Assembly: GCA_035473115.1 (NCBI GenBank)
Contig: DATION010000002.1
Span: 9,469 to 73,468, forward strand
Direction of reading: 5' to 3'
Source: Candidatus Udaeobacter sp.
GTDB lineage: Bacteria > Patescibacteriota > Patescibacteriia > Magasanikbacterales > GWA2-37-8
Length of the DNA stretch: 64,000 nt
Positions 46,463 through 54,958 of the stretch are shown here, piece after piece. Each line of letters begins with the position of its first letter. The first letter of the stretch is position 1. The position numbers and the translations under genes were made by a program. The notes beneath the pieces were generated by a model, which saw only the letters and a list, made by a program, of their open reading frames with translations, made no database searches and had not been told where the DNA came from.

Positions 46463-49228
46463 ATGGAATTTGAAAAAAACACGCCTTTAAACATCCTTTC
46501 TTGCGACCGTTGTCAAGCAACCGGTTTTATTGGCTTTAGAAAATGCCCGCAATGCAAAGGTATGGCTATGGGAACGATGCAGCGAGACAGGTGGATGTAT
46601 TGGGATTATCCGCTGACTCGTTACCATTTAAACTTGCAGTCCGGTCGTCGTATTTTAAACCGTATTCGTTTAATCACAGCGCTAGTTTTTTGGCTCAATT
46701 GTTGGATCTGGGTTGGATTTCTGGTTTATAAACAAGGAGTTTATAAAATTTTAATAGATCCAAAACATTGGCAAACATTTTTGACTGCTCTCAATCATAG
46801 AACTTTAGTTTTATTTTGGCTGGGCGCGATCGGTTTTTTGTATTTGTGGTATAGAATTATTAAACAAAAAGAATTAGTTGGCGCTGTGGAATCATTTAAC
46901 TATCAAGAAGTTGCAGCAAAGAAAAATAATAATGCGGTGGTTGACTCTTGGATAGCCGTGAAAAAAATATCTAGAAGAAAAAAACATAATATTGCTCATG
47001 CTTTTGTAGAGGAAGCTTTGTCCGCACTTGCTAAAACTTATCATTTTGCCGACAAAAATAAATCCAAAGAAGTCCGGCCAGAGCATCTGTTTTATACCTT
47101 GCTATCATTTAACAGAATCGGCAATATTTTTATCAGACTTGGTATCCCAGCTACTGCTTTGCAAAAAGAATTATTGCCAATGTTTACTAGCGGTATTAAA
47201 GAAAATAAAAATTTACCGCCACTAATAGCAAAAGATCTGCAGCAGATAATCTTTCAAGCTTATGAAGAAGCCTATAAAGCTCACCAAGATTATGTCAGCG
47301 TTACCGATTTGTTAGTAGCTACTCTGCGGGAAACGCCGGCTATTGCCGAAGTTTTATTTAATTTTAATGTTAGCCAGCGCCAGTTGGAAAATGTGGTTGA
47401 GTGGGCCAGGATGCGTGAGAAATTGCATCGCCAGTATGTTAAATTCAGACGCGCAGCCAGTCACCATTCCAAATATGGTATGGATAAAGCCATGACAGCG
47501 CTAGCCACTCCTTATTTAAACAGCTTTAGTTCTGACCTAACTATGTTGGCGCATTATGGCCAGTTAACGCAGTGCGTAGCTAGAAATCAAGAACTAGAAG
47601 AAATTTACCAAATAATTAATGGTGGTGAACATAATGTGTTGCTGGTCGGAGAGCCTGGAGTAGGCAAGCGAACTATTGTTGAAGGCATTGCCCAGAGTAT
47701 GGTTGAAGATGATGTGCCGGAAAGATTAAAAGATAAGCGTTTGGTGCGGTTAAGTGTATCAGCGCTACTGGCTGGCACCAGTCCAACCGGAGCGGTAGAA
47801 AGATTGCGCGGCATAATGCAAGAAATGTCCCGAGCGCGTAATGTTATTTTATTTATTAATAATCTGCATGAACTGGTCGGTGTTTCGGCCGGAGAAAATG
47901 GTAGTCTAGATATAGCCGGTACTTTGGCGGAGTTTCTTAGTAGTGATCGGTTTTTAACCATTGCCACCACTACCCCCGAAGATTATTCTCAGCATATATT
48001 AAATTCTTCTGTTAAAGATGTATTTACCAAAGTAGCTATCGCGGAGATGAATGAAGACCAGGCCATTCAAGTTTTGGAATCTAAAGTGGGTATGTTGGAG
48101 TACAAGCAAAAAATATTTTTTTCTTATGATGCTTTAGAAAAATCTGTTGAGTTCGCGCAAAAGTTTATCCACGAATCATATCTGCCGGTAAATGCTATAG
48201 AAATAATGACTGAAGCGGCCGCGTTTACCCGTAATAAAAAAGGAATCAATTCTATCGTAAGCAAAGAAGAAGTGGCGGCAGTGGTGACCGAAAAAACTAA
48301 AATTCCTTTAGCCACAATTTCTAGCGATGAATCAAGTAAGCTATTGCTCCTAGAAGAAGAGATGCATAAGCGCGTTGTTGGCCAAGATGAAGCCGTAACT
48401 GCCGTGGCTAATGCTTTGCGCCGGGCTCGCGCGCAAATGCGTTCCGCCAAACGGCCGATTGCCAATTTTTTATTTCTTGGGCCTACCGGTGTTGGTAAAA
48501 CCGAACTAACTAAAACAATCGCCGAAGTTTATTTTGGCGGTGAAAATAGGATGATTCGATTGGATATGAGTGAATATCAAGATAAAAATAGTATTTATCG
48601 CTTGATCGGTATGCCCGGAGAAAAAGGTACTGGTATCTTAACCGAAGCAGTGCGGCAAAATCCGTTTTCATTGGTACTTTTGGATGAAATCGAAAAAGCT
48701 GATCAAGATATTCTTAATTTATTCTTACAAGTTATGGATGACGGCCGTTTAACGGATTCTTCTGGCCGGGTATATGACTTTACTAATGTTATTTTGATAG
48801 CTACTTCCAATGCTGGCACGGCTTATGTACAGGAACAAAACAAAAATGGCATTTCTCACGAAGCTTTGCTAAATCAGCTTTTGCATGGCGAACTTAAACA
48901 GTATTTCCATCCGGAATTTTTAAATCGTTTTGATGGCGTTATTTTGTTTAATCCTTTAACCCATGCCGATATCAAAAAAATTGCTGGTATTATGTGTCAG
49001 CAAATTGTTAAAGACATTGAACAAAAAGGGGTAGAATTGCAAGTAACTGATGAAGCTTTGGAATTTTTGGCTGATGTTGGTTTTGATCCGGAGTTCGGAG
49101 CGCGGCCAATGCGCCGGGTTTTACAGGACAAAGTAGAAAACAAATTAGCCGAATTATTCTTGCAGGGCAAATTAAAGAGAGGTAGTGTTATTACTATCGG
49201 AGCCGGTGGAGAGATAAGCGTGGAGTAA
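46463..49228 (+). CDS. Membrane-anchored Clp/Hsp100-family double AAA+ ATPase with N-terminal CxxC zinc ribbon
   Basis: N-terminal CDRCQ...CPQC motif, two TM helices, Clp_N-like repeats, NBD1 GEPGVGKRTIVEGIA, and NBD2 GPTGVGKTELTK with a Walker B motif. Confidence 0.8.
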   Translation: MEFEKNTPLNILSCDRCQATGFIGFRKCPQCKGMAMGTMQRDRWMYWDYPLTRYHLNLQSGRRILNRIRLITALVFWLNCWIWVGFLVYKQGVYKILIDPKHWQTFLTALNHRTLVLFWLGAIGFLYLWYRIIKQKELVGAVESFNYQEVAAKKNNNAVVDSWIAVKKISRRKKHNIAHAFVEEALSALAKTYHFADKNKSKEVRPEHLFYTLLSFNRIGNIFIRLGIPATALQKELLPMFTSGIKENKNLPPLIAKDLQQIIFQAYEEAYKAHQDYVSVTDLLVATLRETPAIAEVLFNFNVSQRQLENVVEWARMREKLHRQYVKFRRAASHHSKYGMDKAMTALATPYLNSFSSDLTMLAHYGQLTQCVARNQELEEIYQIINGGEHNVLLVGEPGVGKRTIVEGIAQSMVEDDVPERLKDKRLVRLSVSALLAGTSPTGAVERLRGIMQEMSRARNVILFINNLHELVGVSAGENGSLDIAGTLAEFLSSDRFLTIATTTPEDYSQHILNSSVKDVFTKVAIAEMNEDQAIQVLESKVGMLEYKQKIFFSYDALEKSVEFAQKFIHESYLPVNAIEIMTEAAAFTRNKKGINSIVSKEEVAAVVTEKTKIPLATISSDESSKLLLLEEEMHKRVVGQDEAVTAVANALRRARAQMRSAKRPIANFLFLGPTGVGKTELTKTIAEVYFGGENRMIRLDMSEYQDKNSIYRLIGMPGEKGTGILTEAVRQNPFSLVLLDEIEKADQDILNLFLQVMDDGRLTDSSGRVYDFTNVILIATSNAGTAYVQEQNKNGISHEALLNQLLHGELKQYFHPEFLNRFDGVILFNPLTHADIKKIAGIMCQQIVKDIEQKGVELQVTDEALEFLADVGFDPEFGARPMRRVLQDKVENKLAELFLQGKLKRGSVITIGAGGEISVE

Positions 49229-49230
49229 TT

Positions 49231-50298
49231 ATGCCGATTATTTTTTTAAAAATATTCATTATAACTTTGGCTCTGGCTGTAGTTTTTACTTTGATTATCA
49301 AAAGTATAGCCATATATTTTCAGGTTTTTGATTTCCCGGATGGAAACAGAAAAACTCATTCCAGACCAATGCCTCTTTTGGGAGGAGTAGCAATTTTTGT
49401 TACCTTTTGGTTGGTAGCTGGGTATCTTTTATTTTCTTACCAAATATATGGCTTGGAATTATTAGCCAAAAAAATGATCGGCGTTTTTCTGGCCAGTTTA
49501 ATTTTGGTGGTAATGGGAGTGATTGACGATAAAAAACAGTTATCTCCAAAATTACGCTTGGTGGTTACTATTTTGGCAGCTTTAGTGGCTATGGGCTGGG
49601 GGTTAGGTTTAGAAAAAATTACCAATCCTTTGGGTGGAATTTTAAATTTAAGTTTTTGGCCGATAAAAGTCGGTGGCGGAACCTTTTATTTACTGGCGGA
49701 AATTTTGGTTTTTATTTGGCTAATGGGCATGATGTATACCACCAAAGTTTTAGATGGGTTAGACGGATTATCTGTTGGCACTGCTTTTATCGGCGGAGTT
49801 ATAATATTTTTTTTATCTACTTCCGCCAAATATTTCCAGCCTAACGTAGCTATTTTAGCGCTTATTTTCGCCGCCAGCTGTTTGGGTTTTCTGTTATTTA
49901 ATTTTTATCCTGCCAAAATTTTTTTGGGCGAAGGTGGCAGCCTGTTTATTGGTTTGATATTAGGGGTTTTGGCTATAATTTCTGGTGGGAAAGTGGCCAC
50001 AGCTCTACTGGTCATGGCCATTCCGATTTTGGACTTAGCACGAGTGGTCTATATTAGAATCAAAAATAATCAGTCCGTGTTTAAAGGTGATAGAGAACAT
50101 CTTCATTTTCGTTTGCTAGATTCAGGGTTAAGCCATAGGCGCACAGTTTTATTTCTATATTTTTTGGCTTTTTTATTTGGTATTACCACTTTATTTTTAC
50201 AAAGCACGCAAAAATTATATGCGCTTTTAGTCTTGGTAATTTTGTTAGCTTTTATTAATTATCGTTTGGGAAAAAAAGGTAGCAATTTTCGCATATGA
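49231..50298 (+). CDS. MraY/WecA family polyprenyl-phosphate N-acetylhexosamine-1-phosphate transferase
   Basis: GT4 (MraY/WecA) membrane topology with DDxxD-like and VLDGLDGL motifs. Confidence 0.8.
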   Translation: MPIIFLKIFIITLALAVVFTLIIKSIAIYFQVFDFPDGNRKTHSRPMPLLGGVAIFVTFWLVAGYLLFSYQIYGLELLAKKMIGVFLASLILVVMGVIDDKKQLSPKLRLVVTILAALVAMGWGLGLEKITNPLGGILNLSFWPIKVGGGTFYLLAEILVFIWLMGMMYTTKVLDGLDGLSVGTAFIGGVIIFFLSTSAKYFQPNVAILALIFAASCLGFLLFNFYPAKIFLGEGGSLFIGLILGVLAIISGGKVATALLVMAIPILDLARVVYIRIKNNQSVFKGDREHLHFRLLDSGLSHRRTVLFLYFLAFLFGITTLFLQSTQKLYALLVLVILLAFINYRLGKKGSNFRI

Positions 50299-50762
50299 CA
50301 CAACCAAAACCATTTAAATTTTGGCATTTAATTTTTTTATTAGTAGTCTTTATATTTTTTATTGGCAACGCCATTTATAGTTCTTGGTGGAAAAAAGCAG
50401 TTGTAAAAATTGGCGGTCAGGAAGTGCGTGTTTTGGTAGCTGATAATTATAAACATCAAGTAAAAGGCTGGAGCGGCCGAAAAGATATGGGCCAGTATGG
50501 CGGCATGTTATTTATTTTTGCCGATCACGGTCAGCATGCTATGGTTATGCGCGATATGCAATTTCCCTTAGATATTGTTTGGCTAGATGGCAATAAAATT
50601 ATCGATTTTGCGCCAAACTTGCCTGCAGAAGCGGGGATTGCCGAAGACAAATTAACTATATATCGGAGCCGAGCGGCTTCTACTATGGTTCTAGAACTGC
50701 CAGCTGGGTTTATGGAGAAAAATGGCTTAAAAATAGGGGATACAATCCAGGTGCAAGGATAA
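50295..50762 (+). CDS. DUF192 domain protein
   Basis: N-terminal TM and a DUF192 core (MQFPLDIVWLD). Confidence 0.6.
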   Translation: MTQPKPFKFWHLIFLLVVFIFFIGNAIYSSWWKKAVVKIGGQEVRVLVADNYKHQVKGWSGRKDMGQYGGMLFIFADHGQHAMVMRDMQFPLDIVWLDGNKIIDFAPNLPAEAGIAEDKLTIYRSRAASTMVLELPAGFMEKNGLKIGDTIQVQG

Positions 50763-50775
50763 AATATAGCGGCCA

Positions 50776-50804
50776 TTGACATATTTTAAGCCTTAGTATA
50801 TACT
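50776..50804 (+). promoter_or_regulatory. Promoter for rplU
   Basis: TTGACA, 17-nt spacer, TATACT. Confidence 0.55.
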
Positions 50805-50843
50805 AATCGCACCCCGTACAAATTATTTAATTTTAAGTTTTTT

Positions 50844-51149
50844 ATGTATTCAGTCATAGCTACCGGCGGAAAACAGTATCTAGTTAAGAGCGGCGATGTT
50901 TTAAAAATAGAAAAATTACCTGTAGCCGAAGGCGGTAAAGTTGTTTTTGATAAAGTATTACTCACTGCTAACGAAGATGGTACTGATGTAAAAATTGGTA
51001 AACCTTATTTGGCTGGCGCTACTGTCGAAGCCACTCTGGAAAAGCAAGGAAAAGAACGCACTTTACGTGTAGAAAAGTTCAAAAATAAAGTTCGTTACCA
51101 CAAAGTTCATGGTCAAAGACAGAGATTCAGCCAAGTAAAGATTAAATAA
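50844..51149 (+). CDS. rplU: 50S ribosomal protein L21
   Basis: MYSVIATGGKQYLV... L21 family. Confidence 0.9.
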   Translation: MYSVIATGGKQYLVKSGDVLKIEKLPVAEGGKVVFDKVLLTANEDGTDVKIGKPYLAGATVEATLEKQGKERTLRVEKFKNKVRYHKVHGQRQRFSQVKIK

Positions 51150-51167
51150 AATTAAAACTTCAAAACT

Positions 51168-51203
51168 AACCCCGCCTTTCACGAAAGGCGGGGTTTTGGT
51201 TTA
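51168..51203 (+). terminator. Intrinsic terminator after rplU
   Basis: CCCCGCCTTTC-acg-GAAAGGCGGGG followed by TTTTGGTTT. Confidence 0.75.
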
Positions 51204-51214
51204 TTGTAAGGGGA

Positions 51215-51243
51215 TTGACAAATGGTGATTTTTGTGGTATATT
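51215..51243 (+). promoter_or_regulatory. Promoter for the GC-rich gene 51406..52275
   Basis: TTGACA, 17-nt spacer, TATATT with an extended TG. Confidence 0.55.
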
Positions 51244-51405
51244 ATTCTGTTACTTAATTAGAGTAACAATTTCTTTACAATTCAATTACAGGCGGTTTCT
51301 CTCTGTTTTAGAGGTCTTTAATTTGGGTCTCAAAAACAGGGAGAAATCCCGCTTCTTATCGGCAGTCCTGTTTCAGGACTGCTAACCACCGTTTCAAGAG
51401 GAGAG

Positions 51406-52275
51406 TTGAACATGATGAACTATCGGAATTCCTTGCAGTCGACCAGTGCCAATGGCCCGTTTATTGTCCTGGATCATTTCAGGATGACCAAGAAGCAAGT
51501 TGCCGAATTCCATCGGCGACTCCCCGGAGTGACCGAGGAGACGGTCCGCCAGGCGATCGAGCAGTACAACTTCTTCCTCGCCGAGGGTGGTAACGTCAGG
51601 CGCCCCTGGTTGCATGATGGTCAGAGCCGGATTGTCGCACCAATGTGCAGCGAAGCGGTGGACTTGCTCCAGCGTAAGTTCCCCAGGACCGTTGCGTCGT
51701 CCAATTGGTGTGGAGGATGGCCACGACAGCAGCAGCGCCAGGACCGTAAGGAGTACGGCCGGTACTACGAGCCGGGAGTCCGTGTGCTCATTGCTGCCAA
51801 GCGATCTCGTGTCGCGGTGGAGAAAGCACCAGTGACGACCTCGTCCCTGTCGATGGATTACGATGATGACTTTCCCGATCAGCGTGCATATGATAGAGCC
51901 TTCCGTGATCCTGATGACGATGACTATGGCCATGATGGAGACGGTGGCTTCTACGGAGATGGAGATGGTGATGGTTCGGACAACGAACCAAACCATGACA
52001 CCGACTCGGAGAATGCGACCAAGAAGATGTATGCCGCGACCCCTGTTGTGTTCAAACGATTCGGCGATCAGAAAACGATCGTTCTCGTCATCTCCAATGG
52101 TGATCGGAAGCGTGCCGAGATCTTCGAGATCAACGGGAGTGTTGTCACCACCCACAAGACCTCGCGTGCTCAGAAGTACACCGACGCTGAGCTCAAGGCC
52201 AAGGGATGGCAGCACGGCAATCTCGGTGACGAACGTTTCAAGCCGATTTTGGCGGTCATCCTGACCGCCAACTAG
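51406..52275 (+). CDS. Hypothetical bipartite protein with D/G-rich acidic linker (about 58% GC, foreign)
   Basis: RBS GAGGAG; N-terminal domain of about 130 aa, a DGDG/DDDD low-complexity linker, and a C-terminal domain of about 90 aa. The antisense 297-aa ORF is a GC artefact. Confidence 0.6.
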   Translation: MNMMNYRNSLQSTSANGPFIVLDHFRMTKKQVAEFHRRLPGVTEETVRQAIEQYNFFLAEGGNVRRPWLHDGQSRIVAPMCSEAVDLLQRKFPRTVASSNWCGGWPRQQQRQDRKEYGRYYEPGVRVLIAAKRSRVAVEKAPVTTSSLSMDYDDDFPDQRAYDRAFRDPDDDDYGHDGDGGFYGDGDGDGSDNEPNHDTDSENATKKMYAATPVVFKRFGDQKTIVLVISNGDRKRAEIFEINGSVVTTHKTSRAQKYTDAELKAKGWQHGNLGDERFKPILAVILTAN

Positions 52276-52404
52276 AAGGAGTCTCACTACCGTGAACTGA
52301 GCGTCAGTTCGCGGTACAGGCGCCCTCAGGAATATTTCTCCAGAGTCTGCGCTTCTTGCGCCAAATCATTTGGCCCCAGAAGCGCTCTGGAGAAATCCAA
52401 AACT

Positions 52405-52438
52405 AAAAACACCTTGTACATTTGTACGAGGTGTTTTT
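52405..52438. terminator. Bidirectional terminator (recR / GC-rich gene)
   Basis: ACACCTTGTAC-attt-GTACGAGGTGT flanked by A-runs and T-runs. Confidence 0.7.
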
Positions 52439-52439
52439 G

Positions 52440-53042
52440 TTATCTCTCAGTTCTATTCTTTAAAGCGCTGCCCAAAGTTATTTCATCAGCGTATTGCAAG
52501 TCACTGCCCATAGGCAAGCCGCGAGCCAGACGAGTAATTTTTAAATCCGGTTTTTCTTGTTTAATTTTTCTTTCCAAAAATAACATAGTAGTTTCGCCGG
52601 CCAAGTCGGGGTTGAGAGCCAAAACTATCTCTTTTATTTTTGTTTCTTTTTTTATTTTAAGAAATAATTCTTTAAGTTTTATTTTTTCCAGATCTTCTTC
52701 CGCACCTGGTTCAATTGTACCGCGCAACACGTGGTATAAGCCATTATATATACCGGTTCGTTCCAAAACCGGTATATCTTGCGGTTCACTGATTATGCAT
52801 AATAAAGATTGATCTCTGCTTTTATTACCGCAAATAGTGCAAGGGTTTTGGTCGCTAAAATCCCAGCAGTTTTCACAGCTTTTGACATTATCAATCAGTT
52901 CTTTTAAAGCCAAAGTAATCTCTCCAACTTCTTTTTTTCCTGATTTTAGCAGATAAAAAACAAACCGTTCAGCTGTTCTTTGACCGACAGTTGGCAGTTT
53001 ACGAAAAGCTTGAATGAGATTTTGAATTGATTTGGAGTACAT
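52440..53042 (-). CDS. recR: Recombination protein RecR
   Basis: HhH motif, C4 zinc finger (CENCWDF...CTIC), and Toprim domain. Confidence 0.9.
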   Translation of the reverse strand: MYSKSIQNLIQAFRKLPTVGQRTAERFVFYLLKSGKKEVGEITLALKELIDNVKSCENCWDFSDQNPCTICGNKSRDQSLLCIISEPQDIPVLERTGIYNGLYHVLRGTIEPGAEEDLEKIKLKELFLKIKKETKIKEIVLALNPDLAGETTMLFLERKIKQEKPDLKITRLARGLPMGSDLQYADEITLGSALKNRTER

Positions 53043-53049
53043 TTTTAAA

Positions 53050-53343
53050 TTAATTCATTCCCGGGAATCCGCCCATCTCCTGCATTTTGCTGGCCATTAT
53101 TTTTTGCATTTTTTTGGTAGCGTCGCTGTGGGCGTCTTTAATAGCATTTTGTAACTTTTCTTTTTTTGTCGGGCTTAGCATTTCTTCATCAATGGCTACA
53201 CCAGTTAATTGCAAATTTCCATCCATAGTCAAAGCCACACCATTGTTGTGACTAGTAACAGATTCTCCGGCCAAAGCCCCCTGTAGTTTTTTCCCCTGAT
53301 CTCTTAAATCTTTAAATTGTTTTAGCTTTGAAAATACGGACAT
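53050..53343 (-). CDS. ybaB: Nucleoid-associated protein YbaB/EbfC
   Basis: YbaB family size and motif, with the conserved recR neighbourhood. Confidence 0.85.
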   Translation of the reverse strand: MSVFSKLKQFKDLRDQGKKLQGALAGESVTSHNNGVALTMDGNLQLTGVAIDEEMLSPTKKEKLQNAIKDAHSDATKKMQKIMASKMQEMGGFPGMN

Positions 53344-53369
53344 ATAGTTTATTAATTAATAATTTATAA

Positions 53370-54809
53370 TTACATTGGTGGTAAGTTTGAGTTATTTTTT
53401 TGCATAAACGCTGATTTTGGTTTAAGAGCCGGAGCAGCTGCAGAACGTTCTATGTACTGAGTCGTTAAATTCCGGAAAGATGCTCGTTCGGCATCAAAAA
53501 TCATGCGAGCCATGCCGGTTGGACCGTTACGATGTTTAGCGATATGGATTTCAGCAATATTTTTTTCATCGGGAGAAATATCTTCGGGGCGATAATTACG
53601 GTCGGCTGATTTTCTGTAAATAAATAATACCACATCCGCATCTTGCTCAATAGATCCGGATTCACGCAAGTGAGAAAGTTTAGGTATGGCTGGCGTGCTT
53701 GCTTCCACGGTACGAGAAAGCTGAGAAAGAGCCAAAACCGGGATATTTAATTCGCGAGCGATACTTTTTAGGCCACGAGTTATTTCGGCAACTTCTTGCA
53801 CACGGTTTTCTATGCTGCCACGTGATTCCATCAGCTGCAAGTAGTCTATAACTATCAGCCCCAAGCCATGTTCCATTTGCAAACGCCGCGCTTTGGTGCG
53901 GATCTGCATTATATTATTATTCGAGGCGTCATCAATAAAAATTGGCGCTTCCGAAAGTACCCCTAAAGCATGTCCAATTTTAGGAAAATCTTCTTCACCC
54001 AGATTACCCGTGCGCATTTTCCATAAATCCACATTGGCTTCAGAACAAAGTAAACGATCAACGAGTTGTTCTTTACTCATTTCCAGAGAAAACATACCCA
54101 CTGGTATTTTTTGTTTACCGCCGATATGACGCACGATATCTAAAGCTAAAGAAGTTTTTCCTACACTGGGGCGGGCAGCTAAAATTATTAAATCAGATCT
54201 TTGTAAGCCAGCTAGTGATTTATCTAGATCTGGATAACCGGTAGGAACTCCGCGTAATTGTCCTTTGTTATTATGCAGTTCGTCAATTCTATCAAAAGCT
54301 TCGTTTAATACTCCACGAATAGGAGTAAAAGTTTGGCGCATGAAGTTTTGAGATACACCAAATAGTTGTCTTTGCGCGTTATCAAGTAAAGAATCAAGCT
54401 CTTCGGTTTCTTCATAGCCCATTTTAGAAATTTCATGAGCTGCCGAAAGTAGTCGGCGCCGAGTCGCTTTTTTATGGACAATGTTGGCATAATTAACTAC
54501 ATGCGAAGCGGTTGGAACGGTGTTGGTAAGAGAAACTAGATAGCTATAACCGCCAGCTTGGTCTAAGTGTCCTTTTTCTGTTAGGCGGTTGCTGAGAGTG
54601 AGTAAGTCGATCGGTTCATTTTTTTGGTAAAGTTCCAAAATTACTTCAAAAATTTGGGCATGCGCGTTTTTATAAAAATCTTCCGGCTGCACAATATCGG
54701 CAATTTTTAACATCGCGTCTTTATCCAGCAAAATAGAGCCCAAAAGTGACATCTCAGCTTCTATGCTTTGCGGTGGAATTTTTTCTAGTTCTTTTATATC
54801 TTGAGGCAC
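53370..54809 (-). CDS. dnaB: Replicative DNA helicase DnaB
   Basis: N-terminal domain plus a RecA-like domain (Walker A GKTS, LIVIDYLQLM). Confidence 0.95.
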   Translation of the reverse strand: MPQDIKELEKIPPQSIEAEMSLLGSILLDKDAMLKIADIVQPEDFYKNAHAQIFEVILELYQKNEPIDLLTLSNRLTEKGHLDQAGGYSYLVSLTNTVPTASHVVNYANIVHKKATRRRLLSAAHEISKMGYEETEELDSLLDNAQRQLFGVSQNFMRQTFTPIRGVLNEAFDRIDELHNNKGQLRGVPTGYPDLDKSLAGLQRSDLIILAARPSVGKTSLALDIVRHIGGKQKIPVGMFSLEMSKEQLVDRLLCSEANVDLWKMRTGNLGEEDFPKIGHALGVLSEAPIFIDDASNNNIMQIRTKARRLQMEHGLGLIVIDYLQLMESRGSIENRVQEVAEITRGLKSIARELNIPVLALSQLSRTVEASTPAIPKLSHLRESGSIEQDADVVLFIYRKSADRNYRPEDISPDEKNIAEIHIAKHRNGPTGMARMIFDAERASFRNLTTQYIERSAAAPALKPKSAFMQKNNSNLPPM

Positions 54810-54919
54810 AAATTAAGCAAAAATTTGAATATTTTCTAAGTTCACAGATAGTTCGTATATCTTAATCTAAGGGTTTATTTTTGGCAAGAAAAGTAAGGGG
54901 ACGAAATGTGGGCAAAGAG

Positions 54920-54948
54920 TTGATATTTAAAAGAAGTAAAGTTATAAT
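54920..54948 (+). promoter_or_regulatory. Near-consensus promoter directing an apparently leaderless mRNA
   Basis: TTGATA, 17-nt spacer, TATAAT; the ATG at 54959 lies 10 nt after the -10 element. Confidence 0.55.
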
Positions 54949-54958
54949 TATAAACGTT

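Noticed and set aside
51406-52275. Possible retron/reverse transcriptase (structured upstream RNA plus YDDD in the protein)
   Set aside because: The YDDD lies in the acidic low-complexity linker, not in an RT palm context. No RT domains 1-7 are recognisable, and the protein is too short and unlike RTs.
51394-52287. 297-aa ORF on the minus strand fully antisense to the GC-rich gene
   Set aside because: It has no RBS, and its product is compositionally bizarre (an artefact of high GC suppressing stop codons). The plus-strand ORF has a promoter, RBS and terminator.
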